Positions 18,548 to 27,274 of a stretch of 64,000 nt of DNA are shown here, piece after piece. Each line of letters opens with the position of its first letter. Within the stretch, counting starts at the first letter, position 1. Origin of the DNA: Actinomycetota bacterium (GTDB lineage: Bacteria > Actinomycetota > Actinomycetes > Mycobacteriales > Pseudonocardiaceae); the NCBI GenBank assembly GCA_032230695.1, contig JAVXWP010000059.1:36080-100079 (forward strand), in the 5' to 3' direction. A program made the translations under genes and the position numbers. The notes beneath the pieces are model-generated. The model had not been told where the DNA came from. It did no database searches and saw only the letters and a program-made list of their open reading frames with translations.

Positions 18548-19818
18548 ACCGATCGAGTCAGCACCGGCTGGCGACCCTTTTTGGAGCCAGCGCCGTGCAG
18601 ATGGCGTCGAACGCCGTGGCCGCTTTGATCGCGACCAGGGCACTGGGACCGGCGGACCGCGGAGTGATGGTGCTCGGGCTGACCGTCGGCAGCATTATCG
18701 GGATGGCCGGCGGGCTGGGTACCGGCACCGCCTTGCGTTCGAGGCTGCCCGTAGCCGCCGGCGACCACGCGCGACGTGACCTGCTGGCCGCCTACACCTG
18801 GTGCTCGATCGGCGCCGCAGTACTGGCCCCCGTCGTCGCGATCGCCGCGATGGCCGGGTCGGCCGGGTTCATCGACCCGGCGCTCGGCACGACGCCCTTC
18901 CTGCTGGCCACCGCGAGTTTCACCGTCGCCCAGACACTGTTGACACAGGTCGTCGAAGCCTGGTTCGCCGACGGTCGGTTCCGGCACGGCTCGATCGCCG
19001 CCGCGGCGATGAGTGTGAGCGGCCTTGCCTTAGTGGCTGTCGCCCTCGCCACCTCCCGGTCCGTGGCCGTCGTCCTGTCCGCACAAGCGGCCGGAATGCT
19101 GGTGGTCGCCCTGTTCGAGCTCGGTGCGCTGTACCGCGCCGGCCTGATTGTGCTGCCCTACCCCGGGATGCACGCGGTCCGTTGCCTGGTCTGCCGGGGA
19201 TTGCCGGCGTTGGGCCTGACGGTCGGCATGGTTCTGACCCTTCGAGCCGATCGCTACCTGCTCGGCGCACTGGCCGGAACCGCGGCGGTCGGCGTGTATT
19301 CACTGGCCGCCACGGTCAGTGAGGTTTCACGAATCCTTCCCACCGCACTCGGGCAACTGTTCCTGCGAGACGTCTCGATGGGCCGAGGCGCGGCCCGCCT
19401 GGCCAGGGTGAGCAGGTTCGCGATCGCGGCGGCGACCCTCAGCGGCGCGCTCGTCCTCGCCGGCGGCTGGCTGCTGATTGTGCCCATTTTCGGCGCCGAA
19501 TTCGCCGGTGCCCGCGAGTTGCTCCTGGTTCTCGTCCTCGCCGAAGTGTGCTTCGCGCCCTACGCGATCTCGAGCCGGGGCTTGCTGGGGGGCGGATGGG
19601 CACGAACGGCCTGCGTCTTCGGTATCGGGGGCAGCATCGCCGCACTCGCCGTCTACGCGGTCGCCGCGAGCATCGGAGGAGCCTTCGGGGTCGCCGTCGG
19701 GTCCGCGATCATGTACGGCGCGCTGTCGGCGGTGTCCTGGGTCCTGCTCGAGAAACATCTCACCAGAGACAAGCCACTGTCCCTGGCCGTCACCGGTCCG
19801 AATGGAGCTCAGCCATGA
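18544..19818 (+). CDS. wzx: Wzx-type oligosaccharide flippase
   Basis: About 12 TMs, RALGPADRG, RADRYLLG...VGVYSLA MOP-family motifs. Confidence 0.85.
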   Translation: MNRSSQHRLATLFGASAVQMASNAVAALIATRALGPADRGVMVLGLTVGSIIGMAGGLGTGTALRSRLPVAAGDHARRDLLAAYTWCSIGAAVLAPVVAIAAMAGSAGFIDPALGTTPFLLATASFTVAQTLLTQVVEAWFADGRFRHGSIAAAAMSVSGLALVAVALATSRSVAVVLSAQAAGMLVVALFELGALYRAGLIVLPYPGMHAVRCLVCRGLPALGLTVGMVLTLRADRYLLGALAGTAAVGVYSLAATVSEVSRILPTALGQLFLRDVSMGRGAARLARVSRFAIAAATLSGALVLAGGWLLIVPIFGAEFAGARELLLVLVLAEVCFAPYAISSRGLLGGGWARTACVFGIGGSIAALAVYAVAASIGGAFGVAVGSAIMYGALSAVSWVLLEKHLTRDKPLSLAVTGPNGAQP

Positions 19819-20372
19819 TCCTGCTTCGCGCGATGTCGGCACTACACCGGCAATACCTCATCAAACGGGACCCCATCGATTTCGCTCGGCGAATCGGCGT
19901 CACGGTGGGTGCGGGCTGCTGGTTTCCCGGGTTTCAAGCCGGGACATTTGGCTCCGAGCCCTACCTGGTGACACTCGGGCAGCGGGTTCTGGTTTCGAGC
20001 GGGGTTCAGTTCGTGACCCACGAAGGCGGGGTGTGGTTGTTCCGGAGTGAGATACCTGGCATCGACGTCGTCGCCCCGATCACAGTCGGCGACGACGTGG
20101 TGCTTGGTATCCGGACCATCGTGCTGCCGGGGGTCTCCATCGGATCGCGGGTGATCGTCGGTGCGGGGAGCGTGGTCACCAAGAACGTGCCTGACGGTGT
20201 GGTGGTGGCAGGTGTCCCCGCGCGGGTCCTGTGCGACATCGACGAATACCGGCTCCGGGCCAGCGCGAAGTCGGTCCCCGTCGCGGACCTCCCGCCGCGC
20301 GCGAAGCACATGGCGCTGAAGCAGCGGTTCGCCGGTGCGCCGGGCTCCGGCGATCGAGACAGGGCACGGTGA
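19815..20372 (+). CDS. hexapeptide-repeat O-acyltransferase (CapG/LacA-like)
   Basis: GSEPYLVTLG, ITVGDDVVLG...VSIGSRVIVGAGSVVTK..PDGVVVAGVPAR left-handed beta-helix repeats. Confidence 0.88.
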   Translation: MILLRAMSALHRQYLIKRDPIDFARRIGVTVGAGCWFPGFQAGTFGSEPYLVTLGQRVLVSSGVQFVTHEGGVWLFRSEIPGIDVVAPITVGDDVVLGIRTIVLPGVSIGSRVIVGAGSVVTKNVPDGVVVAGVPARVLCDIDEYRLRASAKSVPVADLPPRAKHMALKQRFAGAPGSGDRDRAR

Positions 20373-21079
20373 CCGTCCAAGACGCCCTCGGTGCCGACCG
20401 GGCGCCGAGGGCGGAGACCCCGGCCGCCGAGAATCCGGCGTGCCCTCCGGAGCGCCACTCCGAGCGCGTATACCGGCGAGCGTTCGACATCTCGGTCGCC
20501 GGCCTGGCCGTGGTCGTGCCGTTGCCGCTGGCCGCTCTCGCCGCGATGCTCATCCGCTGGCGGCTCGGCCGTCCGGTCCTATTCCAGCAGCAACGCCTCG
20601 GCTTGCACGGCGAGACGTTCTCGATCCTCAAGTTCCGGACCATGCACCCCGCCGCGTTCGACGGACAACCCGACTCCGAACGACTGTCGAAACTGGGTTC
20701 CGTATTACGCGCGGCGAGCATCGACGAGCTGCCTCAGCTGATCAACGTCCTTCGCGGCCAGATGAGCATCATCGGTCCTCGGCCAGGGCTTCCCGAGCAC
20801 TTCCAGCGATACTGCCCACGACAGCGAGGGCGGCTGGCGGTGCGACCGGGTATCACTGGCTGGGCGCAGGTCAACGGCCGCAATTCCCTGAGTATCCGGG
20901 ACCGGATCGAGCTCGACCTGTGGTACATCGAGCATCGTTGCTGGCGGCTCGACCTCCGCATTCTCGTGGCCACCCTCGCCCAGCTCGTCCGGCCGCGAAA
21001 CGTGGTGGGCCCCGGCGGGATCAATCCGGACTTTCCCCCTGTCGCCCCGTCGGACGGCCAGGAACCAGGCGGTCGTTAA
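20369..21079 (+). CDS. priming sugar transferase (monoPGT, PglC/WcaJ family)
   Basis: RAFDI, KFRTM, IDELPQLINVLRGQMSIIGPRP, RPGITGWAQVNGRN. Confidence 0.93.
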   Translation: MTVQDALGADRAPRAETPAAENPACPPERHSERVYRRAFDISVAGLAVVVPLPLAALAAMLIRWRLGRPVLFQQQRLGLHGETFSILKFRTMHPAAFDGQPDSERLSKLGSVLRAASIDELPQLINVLRGQMSIIGPRPGLPEHFQRYCPRQRGRLAVRPGITGWAQVNGRNSLSIRDRIELDLWYIEHRCWRLDLRILVATLAQLVRPRNVVGPGGINPDFPPVAPSDGQEPGGR

Positions 21080-21089
21080 GCGCCTTCAT

Positions 21090-21132
21090 GGTGTTCGCGG
21101 GGCTGTCCCTCCCCAGCGGTCCCGCGAACACC
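21090..21132. terminator. strong hairpin ending the coupled capD-to-PGT run
   Basis: GGTGTTCGCGGG (21090-21101)/CCCGCGAACACC (21121-21132), perfect 12 bp. Confidence 0.6.
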
Positions 21133-21182
21133 GCCCCTCGACCGGGCTAGGGTCTCGGGGCCAAACGTGAAGATCGGATCGC

Positions 21183-22121
21183 ATGCGCGTACTCGTGACC
21201 GGCGCCGGCGGATATGTGGGACAGGTCGTCGCCAGGCAGCTGCTCCGAAGCGGGCATAACCCGGTCGGGCTCGTCCACCGGAACGCACCACATATCGACG
21301 GCGTCACGTGGCGGCAGGGCGACATCCTCGTTCCCTCGTCGCTGCGACTCGCGACCGCGGACGTCGACGCCGTCATACATCTGAGTGCGCTGGCCGGGGT
21401 TCGAAACGCGTTCGAACGCCCGGCGCGCTGCTACCAGGTCAATGTGAGCGGGACGCTCAACCTGATCGAAGTCCTCGCGGAACGGCCTGATGACGCCCTG
21501 CGACTCGTGTTCGCCTCCACCTCGGGTGTTTATGGCACGCCGCGGCGGCAGCCGATCACCGAAAGCACGGCGACAGACCCGCAGAACCCCTACGCCGCGT
21601 CCAAACTCGCCGCCGAACAAGCGATCGCCTGGCAGGCACGTACCGGCACGCTGGGCGCCATCACGCTTCGTCTCAGCAACGTCGCGGGCGGGGTCGGCTC
21701 CCATGGCGACGCCGATGAAACGCGGCTCATCGCGCGCACTTGCGCGGTCGCGACCGGACGCTTACCGAGACTGGACGTCTATGGCGACGGCGGAGCCGTC
21801 CGGGACTTCATCCACGTCGCCGACGCGGCACGGGCCCTGGTAGCCGCCTTGGACATCTGCGAAGCCGGAACCCACCGAGTCCTCAACATAGGCGCGACCG
21901 CGGCGAGCGTGTCGGAAGTCATCACCACCGCACAACAGGTGACCGGGCGCGACATCACGGTCGCCTACCTTGCGCCGCACCCCAACGAGGTTCGAGAATT
22001 GCGCGTGGACAACACAAACGCGCGACGAATTCTCGGCTGGCGACCGGAATGTTCCGCACTCGCCCACCTCGTCTCCGACCAATGGACGGCCGAGCAGAGC
22101 TTCGCCACCAGAACGCCGTGA
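21183..22121 (+). CDS. UDP-glucose 4-epimerase-like SDR
   Basis: TGAGGYVG, ASTSGVYG, YAASK, RDFIHV. Confidence 0.88.
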   Translation: MRVLVTGAGGYVGQVVARQLLRSGHNPVGLVHRNAPHIDGVTWRQGDILVPSSLRLATADVDAVIHLSALAGVRNAFERPARCYQVNVSGTLNLIEVLAERPDDALRLVFASTSGVYGTPRRQPITESTATDPQNPYAASKLAAEQAIAWQARTGTLGAITLRLSNVAGGVGSHGDADETRLIARTCAVATGRLPRLDVYGDGGAVRDFIHVADAARALVAALDICEAGTHRVLNIGATAASVSEVITTAQQVTGRDITVAYLAPHPNEVRELRVDNTNARRILGWRPECSALAHLVSDQWTAEQSFATRTP

Positions 22122-22169
22122 AGGCCACTTTGAGGGACTCTGAGTCCCTCAATGTGGCCTTCACGGCGT
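22113..22169. repeat. long near-perfect palindrome (REP-like element)
   Basis: 28-bp arms ACGCCGTGAAGGCCAC(T/A)TTGAGGGACTC around a single T at 22141, with one mismatch; overlaps the stop of the preceding gene. Confidence 0.85.
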
Positions 22170-22273
22170 CATCGACGTTTGGCATGCCCAACCGGTAATG
22201 GCGGGTGGGCCGTTCGGCCCAAGTCGTTCCTAGCCGCAAGTCCCTGGTTCCCTCCCCCTTTTCATTGCAACCA

Positions 22274-22290
22274 TGAGTTGTACCAACTCA
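22274..22290. promoter_or_regulatory. candidate operator palindrome upstream of the beta-helix/LGFP gene
   Basis: TGAGTTG-TAC-CAACTCA, perfect 7-bp arms in an AT-richer intergenic gap. Confidence 0.4.
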
Positions 22291-22421
22291 GAATCACCAC
22301 CGAAGACGCTCCGCAATTGACCGATTCCCATGGGTGACAACGGAACGGTAAAAGCATCTTCAGGATGGCGACCGCGGCGTGCTCAAAAGCCCTGCCGCAC
22401 CGACATGAGAAGAGCAAGTGT

Positions 22422-24020
22422 GTGATCAAACGTCGAGCATGCCTCGTCGCGATAGCGGCCGCACTGCTGGCCGCCGGCTTCCTCAACGCCACGACGGCTA
22501 CGGCGGCCACAGACGATACGACACAAATTCAATCGCTGCTGGACCATCCGGTCAACGGGACCGTGGACCTTCCCCGCGGGGTCTTCACCGTCGCTCCCAC
22601 GCTGCGGCTTCACAACAGCGCTGCCATCGTTGGTCACGACACGACGTTGCGCGTGGCGGCACAGGCGGGCAACTACTACGCGATGCTGACCGCGGACACG
22701 CCCGGTCGTGACCTGTCAGGCCTGAAGATCACCGGCGTCACGTTCGACCAGAACGCCCCGAACAACCCGGTGGAGAAGAGCACACTGTTCAACGGATACC
22801 CGCGGTTCGCTATTTTCTTCTACGTCGGTTCCGGAATCGAGATAACGGGCAATTCATTCGTCAATTCGGACAACCTGAACACCGTAGTGACCGGTGCACG
22901 CGTCACCAAATCCACCATCAGTAATAACAGGTTCGAGACCATCGATATCGCGAAGCACGACCATTCCAGCGTGTACCTCCACAGCACCGAAGTCATCGTG
23001 TCGAACAACGTATTCATCGGCAGCAGCGTCTATGGCGCCGCGGTCGACACCCACGGTGAAAACATTCAAATACTAAACAACTCCGTTTCCGGATACTATC
23101 GCGGAATGAACGTCGTCAGCCCAAACACGCTGGTCGCGAACAATACAGTCTCGATGGCCGTGAACGTCGTCGATCTGTGGTCGGTGGCGAACGAAGGCCC
23201 CCTGCACGACGTGACGATCAAGGACAACACCCTTTACCCCGCCGTGGACTACTGGCTCGCGTTCCTGAATCTCAAGGTTCCGGCCTTGTATACGACACCC
23301 GTCATCTACGACTACACGTCGACAATGCCGTTCATCCGCATCACCGTGACCTACACCAGCCCGCTCGACCAACGCTACTACGCTGATCCGGCGTTACGCC
23401 GTCTGCTCGGCTGGTCGACCGGCCCGGAGGCCCATAACAGCGGCATCCGGTACCGCACCTATCAATTCGGCATGCTGTACTGGTCGGCGCAGACCGGCGT
23501 GCACGAGGTGCATGGCGCGATCCTTACCAGGTACCTGCGACTCGGCGGCCACAGCAGGTTCGGGCCGCCATCGACGGACGAGACAACGACGCCCGACCAG
23601 GTAGGCCGCTACAACCACTTCGCCGGCACGCCGGCAACGGGGCCGGCCTCCATCTACTGGTCACCGCGAACAGGGGCCAACGCGATCTGGGGAGCGATCA
23701 ACGCCCGCTGGTCCCAGCTCAGCCGGGAACAGGGACCCATGGGCTACCCCGTCACCGACGAATCCGTCACGCCTGACCAGGTAGGCCGCTACAACCACTT
23801 CGACCGCGCCGGCTCGATCTACTGGACGCCCGCCACCGGTGCACAAGAGGTTTACGGCGCGATTCGGCGCCAGTGGGCGGCACTTGGCTGGGAACGATCG
23901 TATCTCGGCTACCCGACGAGCGGCGAATTCAGTGTTTATCAGGGCCGAAGGAACAACTTCAGATACGGGTTCATCAACTGGAATGCCCTCACCGGCGCGA
24001 CCTTTCATCACCGTTACTAG
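22422..24020 (+). CDS. secreted right-handed beta-helix (pectin lyase-like) protein with C-terminal LGFP repeats
   Basis: Signal peptide IKRRACLVAIAAALLAAG..ATA; Asn-rich beta-helix repeats (ITGNSF, ISNNRF, VSNNVF, ILNNSV, VANNTV); LGFP-type repeats (MGYPVTDE, LGYPTSGE); 28-nt identical repeat at 23595 and 23775. Confidence 0.85.
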   Translation: MIKRRACLVAIAAALLAAGFLNATTATAATDDTTQIQSLLDHPVNGTVDLPRGVFTVAPTLRLHNSAAIVGHDTTLRVAAQAGNYYAMLTADTPGRDLSGLKITGVTFDQNAPNNPVEKSTLFNGYPRFAIFFYVGSGIEITGNSFVNSDNLNTVVTGARVTKSTISNNRFETIDIAKHDHSSVYLHSTEVIVSNNVFIGSSVYGAAVDTHGENIQILNNSVSGYYRGMNVVSPNTLVANNTVSMAVNVVDLWSVANEGPLHDVTIKDNTLYPAVDYWLAFLNLKVPALYTTPVIYDYTSTMPFIRITVTYTSPLDQRYYADPALRRLLGWSTGPEAHNSGIRYRTYQFGMLYWSAQTGVHEVHGAILTRYLRLGGHSRFGPPSTDETTTPDQVGRYNHFAGTPATGPASIYWSPRTGANAIWGAINARWSQLSREQGPMGYPVTDESVTPDQVGRYNHFDRAGSIYWTPATGAQEVYGAIRRQWAALGWERSYLGYPTSGEFSVYQGRRNNFRYGFINWNALTGATFHHRY

Positions 24021-24371
24021 GTGCCGTTTACAACAGTGGTCGTGAATATTGTTTCAATTTCAACTTCAACAAGGGCACCGGCGCGCCCCAGCCGAGAGAT
24101 TGTGTCATTCCACGCACGTACCGGGGTATCGTTCAAAGATTGGCCGGGCCGGAAACCTGAGGGCCCCCGGACCATGCGGGCCCAGGTACTGAAGCGGAGG
24201 CAGCCGCTTCCCCTTAGCGGCGACGTCGGCGGCGCTCCCTCGGACAGCCCGCATGCACCTCGCGACGAACCCTGTGCCGCGTTGTACATACAGGCACAGC
24301 GACAGACCCTGACAACAACGTTTCCGGGTTCACCAGCGGTCCAGGCCAGCTCGAGAACAACTGGAGGACTG

Positions 24372-25577
24372 ATGCACGAACTTGCGATAAGAGGCGGTCG
24401 CCCGATCCGGGCGTCGAGCATGCTCGACTGGCCCGCCTTCGACGACGAGGACATCGCGGCCGCGACCGATGTCCTGCGGTCGGGAAACGTGAACTACTGG
24501 GGAGGTACCCAGGGACGCGGATTCGAACACGAGTTCGCGCGCGCGGTCGGTTCCACCTACGCGGTCGCGCTGTCCAGCGGGACCGCTGCGTTGGAGCATG
24601 CATTGCACGCCATCGATACCAGCCCTGGCGATGAGGTGATCATCCCCGCGGCGGCGTCGATGGGGGTGGCGGGGGCGGTCGTCTCCTGCGGAGCACGTCC
24701 GGTGATCGCGGACGTCGATATCCATACTCAATGCCTCACCGCCGAATCCGTGTCAGCTCTGATTTCGGCCCGGACGACTGCGGTCATCGCGGTCCATTTC
24801 GCCGGCCATACCGCCGAAATGACCTCCCTGCGGAAACTCACCAAGGAACACGGAATCCGGCTGGTCGAAGACTGCGGCCACGCCCACGGCGCCCGCTACT
24901 TCGCGAAATCGGCGGGAAGCCTGGGAGATATCGCGGCGTGGTCGTTCTGCCGGGACGCGATCATGACGACCGGAGGCGAAGGCGGGGCCATCACCACCTC
25001 GGATCTCGAGCTTTGGCGTCGATGCTGGGAGCGGAAGGACCAGGGAAAAAGCGTGCTCGCCGTGCAGAGCCGACGGCGCTCCAACGGATTCCTGTGGCTG
25101 CATGACACATTCGGGACGAACGCGCGGATGACCGAGATCCAGGCGGCGATCGGGCGGGTGCAACTTCGCAAGCTCGACGCCTGGGTCGAACAGCGGCGGG
25201 CGAATGCCGGCACCCTCCTCACAGAGTTACGTCAACAGCCGGCGATCCGGGTGGAGGACCCACCCGCACACGTCGGGCACGCCTACTACAAGTTCTATGC
25301 CCATGTCAGGGCTGAGCGGCTCACCGGGGACTGGAACCGCGACCGCCTGGTCGCGGCGATCAACGCTGAGGGGATTCCTTGCGAGCACGGCGACTACACC
25401 GAGATCTATCGAGAGCCCGCCTTCGATTCGATCGTCGGCACACCCGCCACATTGCCCGCCGCGGCCACCTTGGGAAGTACCTCGATGACACTCCCGGTCC
25501 ATCCGAATCTCGGTGAGTCCGACATGGCGGATACCGTCGCGGCCGTGAAGAAGGTCCTGCGGGAGGCCACCAAATGA
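24372..25577 (+). CDS. DegT/DnrJ/EryC1/StrS (PglE-like) sugar aminotransferase with the PLP lysine replaced by Ala
   Basis: ATG 24372 after GGAGG; SSGTAAL, VEDCGHAHGA, WSFCRDAIMTTGGEGG, GTNARMTEIQAAIG. Confidence 0.92.
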   Translation: MHELAIRGGRPIRASSMLDWPAFDDEDIAAATDVLRSGNVNYWGGTQGRGFEHEFARAVGSTYAVALSSGTAALEHALHAIDTSPGDEVIIPAAASMGVAGAVVSCGARPVIADVDIHTQCLTAESVSALISARTTAVIAVHFAGHTAEMTSLRKLTKEHGIRLVEDCGHAHGARYFAKSAGSLGDIAAWSFCRDAIMTTGGEGGAITTSDLELWRRCWERKDQGKSVLAVQSRRRSNGFLWLHDTFGTNARMTEIQAAIGRVQLRKLDAWVEQRRANAGTLLTELRQQPAIRVEDPPAHVGHAYYKFYAHVRAERLTGDWNRDRLVAAINAEGIPCEHGDYTEIYREPAFDSIVGTPATLPAAATLGSTSMTLPVHPNLGESDMADTVAAVKKVLREATK

Positions 25578-25783
25578 CTCGCTCGCGGCCATGAACCGTA
25601 TTTCGCCTTCCGCAGATGCACCCGAGGGCGCACATGCACATGCGTTGACAAACGACGTAAGCGTCACTCGAACAGGTAAGCCCACCATAAACATGTATCA
25701 CGCCGGGCCGCGTCACCGATCAATAGTGTCGAGGGCTTTTGGCCACCGGACGGCCGAAGTACCCAGCGCCCAGAGAGGGGAAC

Positions 25784-26527
25784 ATGCGCCCCAAGGTAGG
25801 CCCGATGGGTCGTGAGCAGAACCTCGCTTTAGCGTTCAACAAACTCGCTGACATATTAGTCCGCGAATTCAATGTCGAGGAATATCTGAACGGACTGACC
25901 ACGAATTGCGTGCGAGTGCTGGACATCGACGCCGCAGGAGTACTGCTCACCGTCGACAACGCGCGACTCGAGTCGGTCTGTGCGACAACCGAAGCGGCTC
26001 GCCTGCTCGGAGTCCTGCAAGTCACTGCCGACGAGGGCCCGTGCGTGGAGACCGCTCGAACCGGCCAGACGATCAATGCATCTGACCTACGTTCCGAACA
26101 GCGGTGGAACAAATTCACGCCCGCGGCCCTCAATGCCGGGTTCGCGGCGGCGCACGCTATTCCGCTCCGGCTGCGCGGCCAGATGATCGGGGCGCTGAAC
26201 CTCTTCAGAAGGCGAGCCGGCCCACTCAGCAGGGAGGATCAAGCGCTCAGTCAAGCATTGGCCGAGGCGGCGACCGCCGGCTTGCTGTCCAAACGTGCCC
26301 TTGAGGACGCCGAGACCCTTGCCGGCCAACTGAAGAGCGCACTGACCACCCGAGTGGTGATCGAACAGGCGAAGGGCATCTTGGCCGCACGCCGGGGAAG
26401 CACGCTCGACGACGCATTCGAAGTCATGCGCTCCTTCGCCCGTAACGATCGCCGATTGCTTTCCGAAATCGCTCAAGCGGTCGTGAACGGATCTCCGACC
26501 GTCACGGCGTTGAACAGGGAGCACTGA
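25784..26527 (+). CDS. GAF and ANTAR domain protein (copy 5)
   Basis: Start at 25784 or 25805; AFNKLADILV, GAF core, TRVVIEQAKGIL...AFEVMRSFAR. Confidence 0.9.
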   Translation: MRPKVGPMGREQNLALAFNKLADILVREFNVEEYLNGLTTNCVRVLDIDAAGVLLTVDNARLESVCATTEAARLLGVLQVTADEGPCVETARTGQTINASDLRSEQRWNKFTPAALNAGFAAAHAIPLRLRGQMIGALNLFRRRAGPLSREDQALSQALAEAATAGLLSKRALEDAETLAGQLKSALTTRVVIEQAKGILAARRGSTLDDAFEVMRSFARNDRRLLSEIAQAVVNGSPTVTALNREH

Positions 26528-26590
26528 GACCGACCAAGCGCCGGTGACCGGGCACTGCGGCCAGGTCACCGGCCAAGCACAGAACGAGGG

Positions 26591-27274
26591 CTACCAACCA
26601 TCCTCGCGCGTGATCATGATCCTCAGCCGGGTCAGCGCCCGTTGCTGTATGGTCCTGACGTTTCCTGCGGTGAGCCCCAGGGTCTCCCCCGTCTCGATCG
26701 CAGAGAACCCGCCCGCCACGCGCAGTAGCAGGATTTCCTGATGCACCTGCGGAAGACAGTTCAGCAACTTGGTCAACCGCTGCCGGGAGTCCATCAAGAG
26801 GGCGTACCACTCCGGTCCGTTCCCGGCCACCGGCCGATCCGGAACCTCCGCCATGAGAATCGACCGATCACGTGCCCCGGCACGATAGGCGTCCGCGACC
26901 TTGTTCGACGCGATCACCCTCACCAGGTGCAGGAACGAAGCCCCCCGGTCCACGTATTCATGTAGAGCCTTCAGTACCGCCAGGCAAATCTCTTGCACGA
27001 CGTCGTCCACTGAGGCGTACGACTGACTACGGCGAGGAAGTCTGGAATGACAGTACTGCTCGACAATGGGCCTGATCACGGCCAAGGCGTCCTCGACAGC
27101 GCCCGGCCGGCCGACTGCCGCGTCGCGGACAAGGGCCTCCAACTTTTGCTGAGTCGCCAGTGGATCGGTGCCACTCGACGGCGTGTGCACGACCCGCTGG
27201 ACCGGCCATTTCCGCGCCGCTTCGATCGACTTCACCTCGCTGGTTTCGCTCGCACCCACCGCAACCGACCCCAA
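26591..27274 (-). CDS. ECF sigma factor, SigD/ShbA-like
   Basis: YCHSRL, SVDDVVQEICLAVLKAL, IASNKVADAYR, EILLLRV, GNVRTIQQRALTRLR; start codon uncertain. Confidence 0.85.
   Translation of the reverse strand: MGSVAVGASETSEVKSIEAARKWPVQRVVHTPSSGTDPLATQQKLEALVRDAAVGRPGAVEDALAVIRPIVEQYCHSRLPRRSQSYASVDDVVQEICLAVLKALHEYVDRGASFLHLVRVIASNKVADAYRAGARDRSILMAEVPDRPVAGNGPEWYALLMDSRQRLTKLLNCLPQVHQEILLLRVAGGFSAIETGETLGLTAGNVRTIQQRALTRLRIMITREDGW

Noticed and set aside
22128-22153. GGGACT-CTG-AGTCCC as a DosR box
   Set aside because: The spacer is 3 nt rather than 2, and the word is simply the centre of the 57-bp palindrome downstream of a stop codon.
23595-23802. 28-nt direct repeat at 180-nt spacing as a CRISPR or mobile repeat
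   Set aside because: Only two copies, in frame inside the LGFP repeats of a coding gene.
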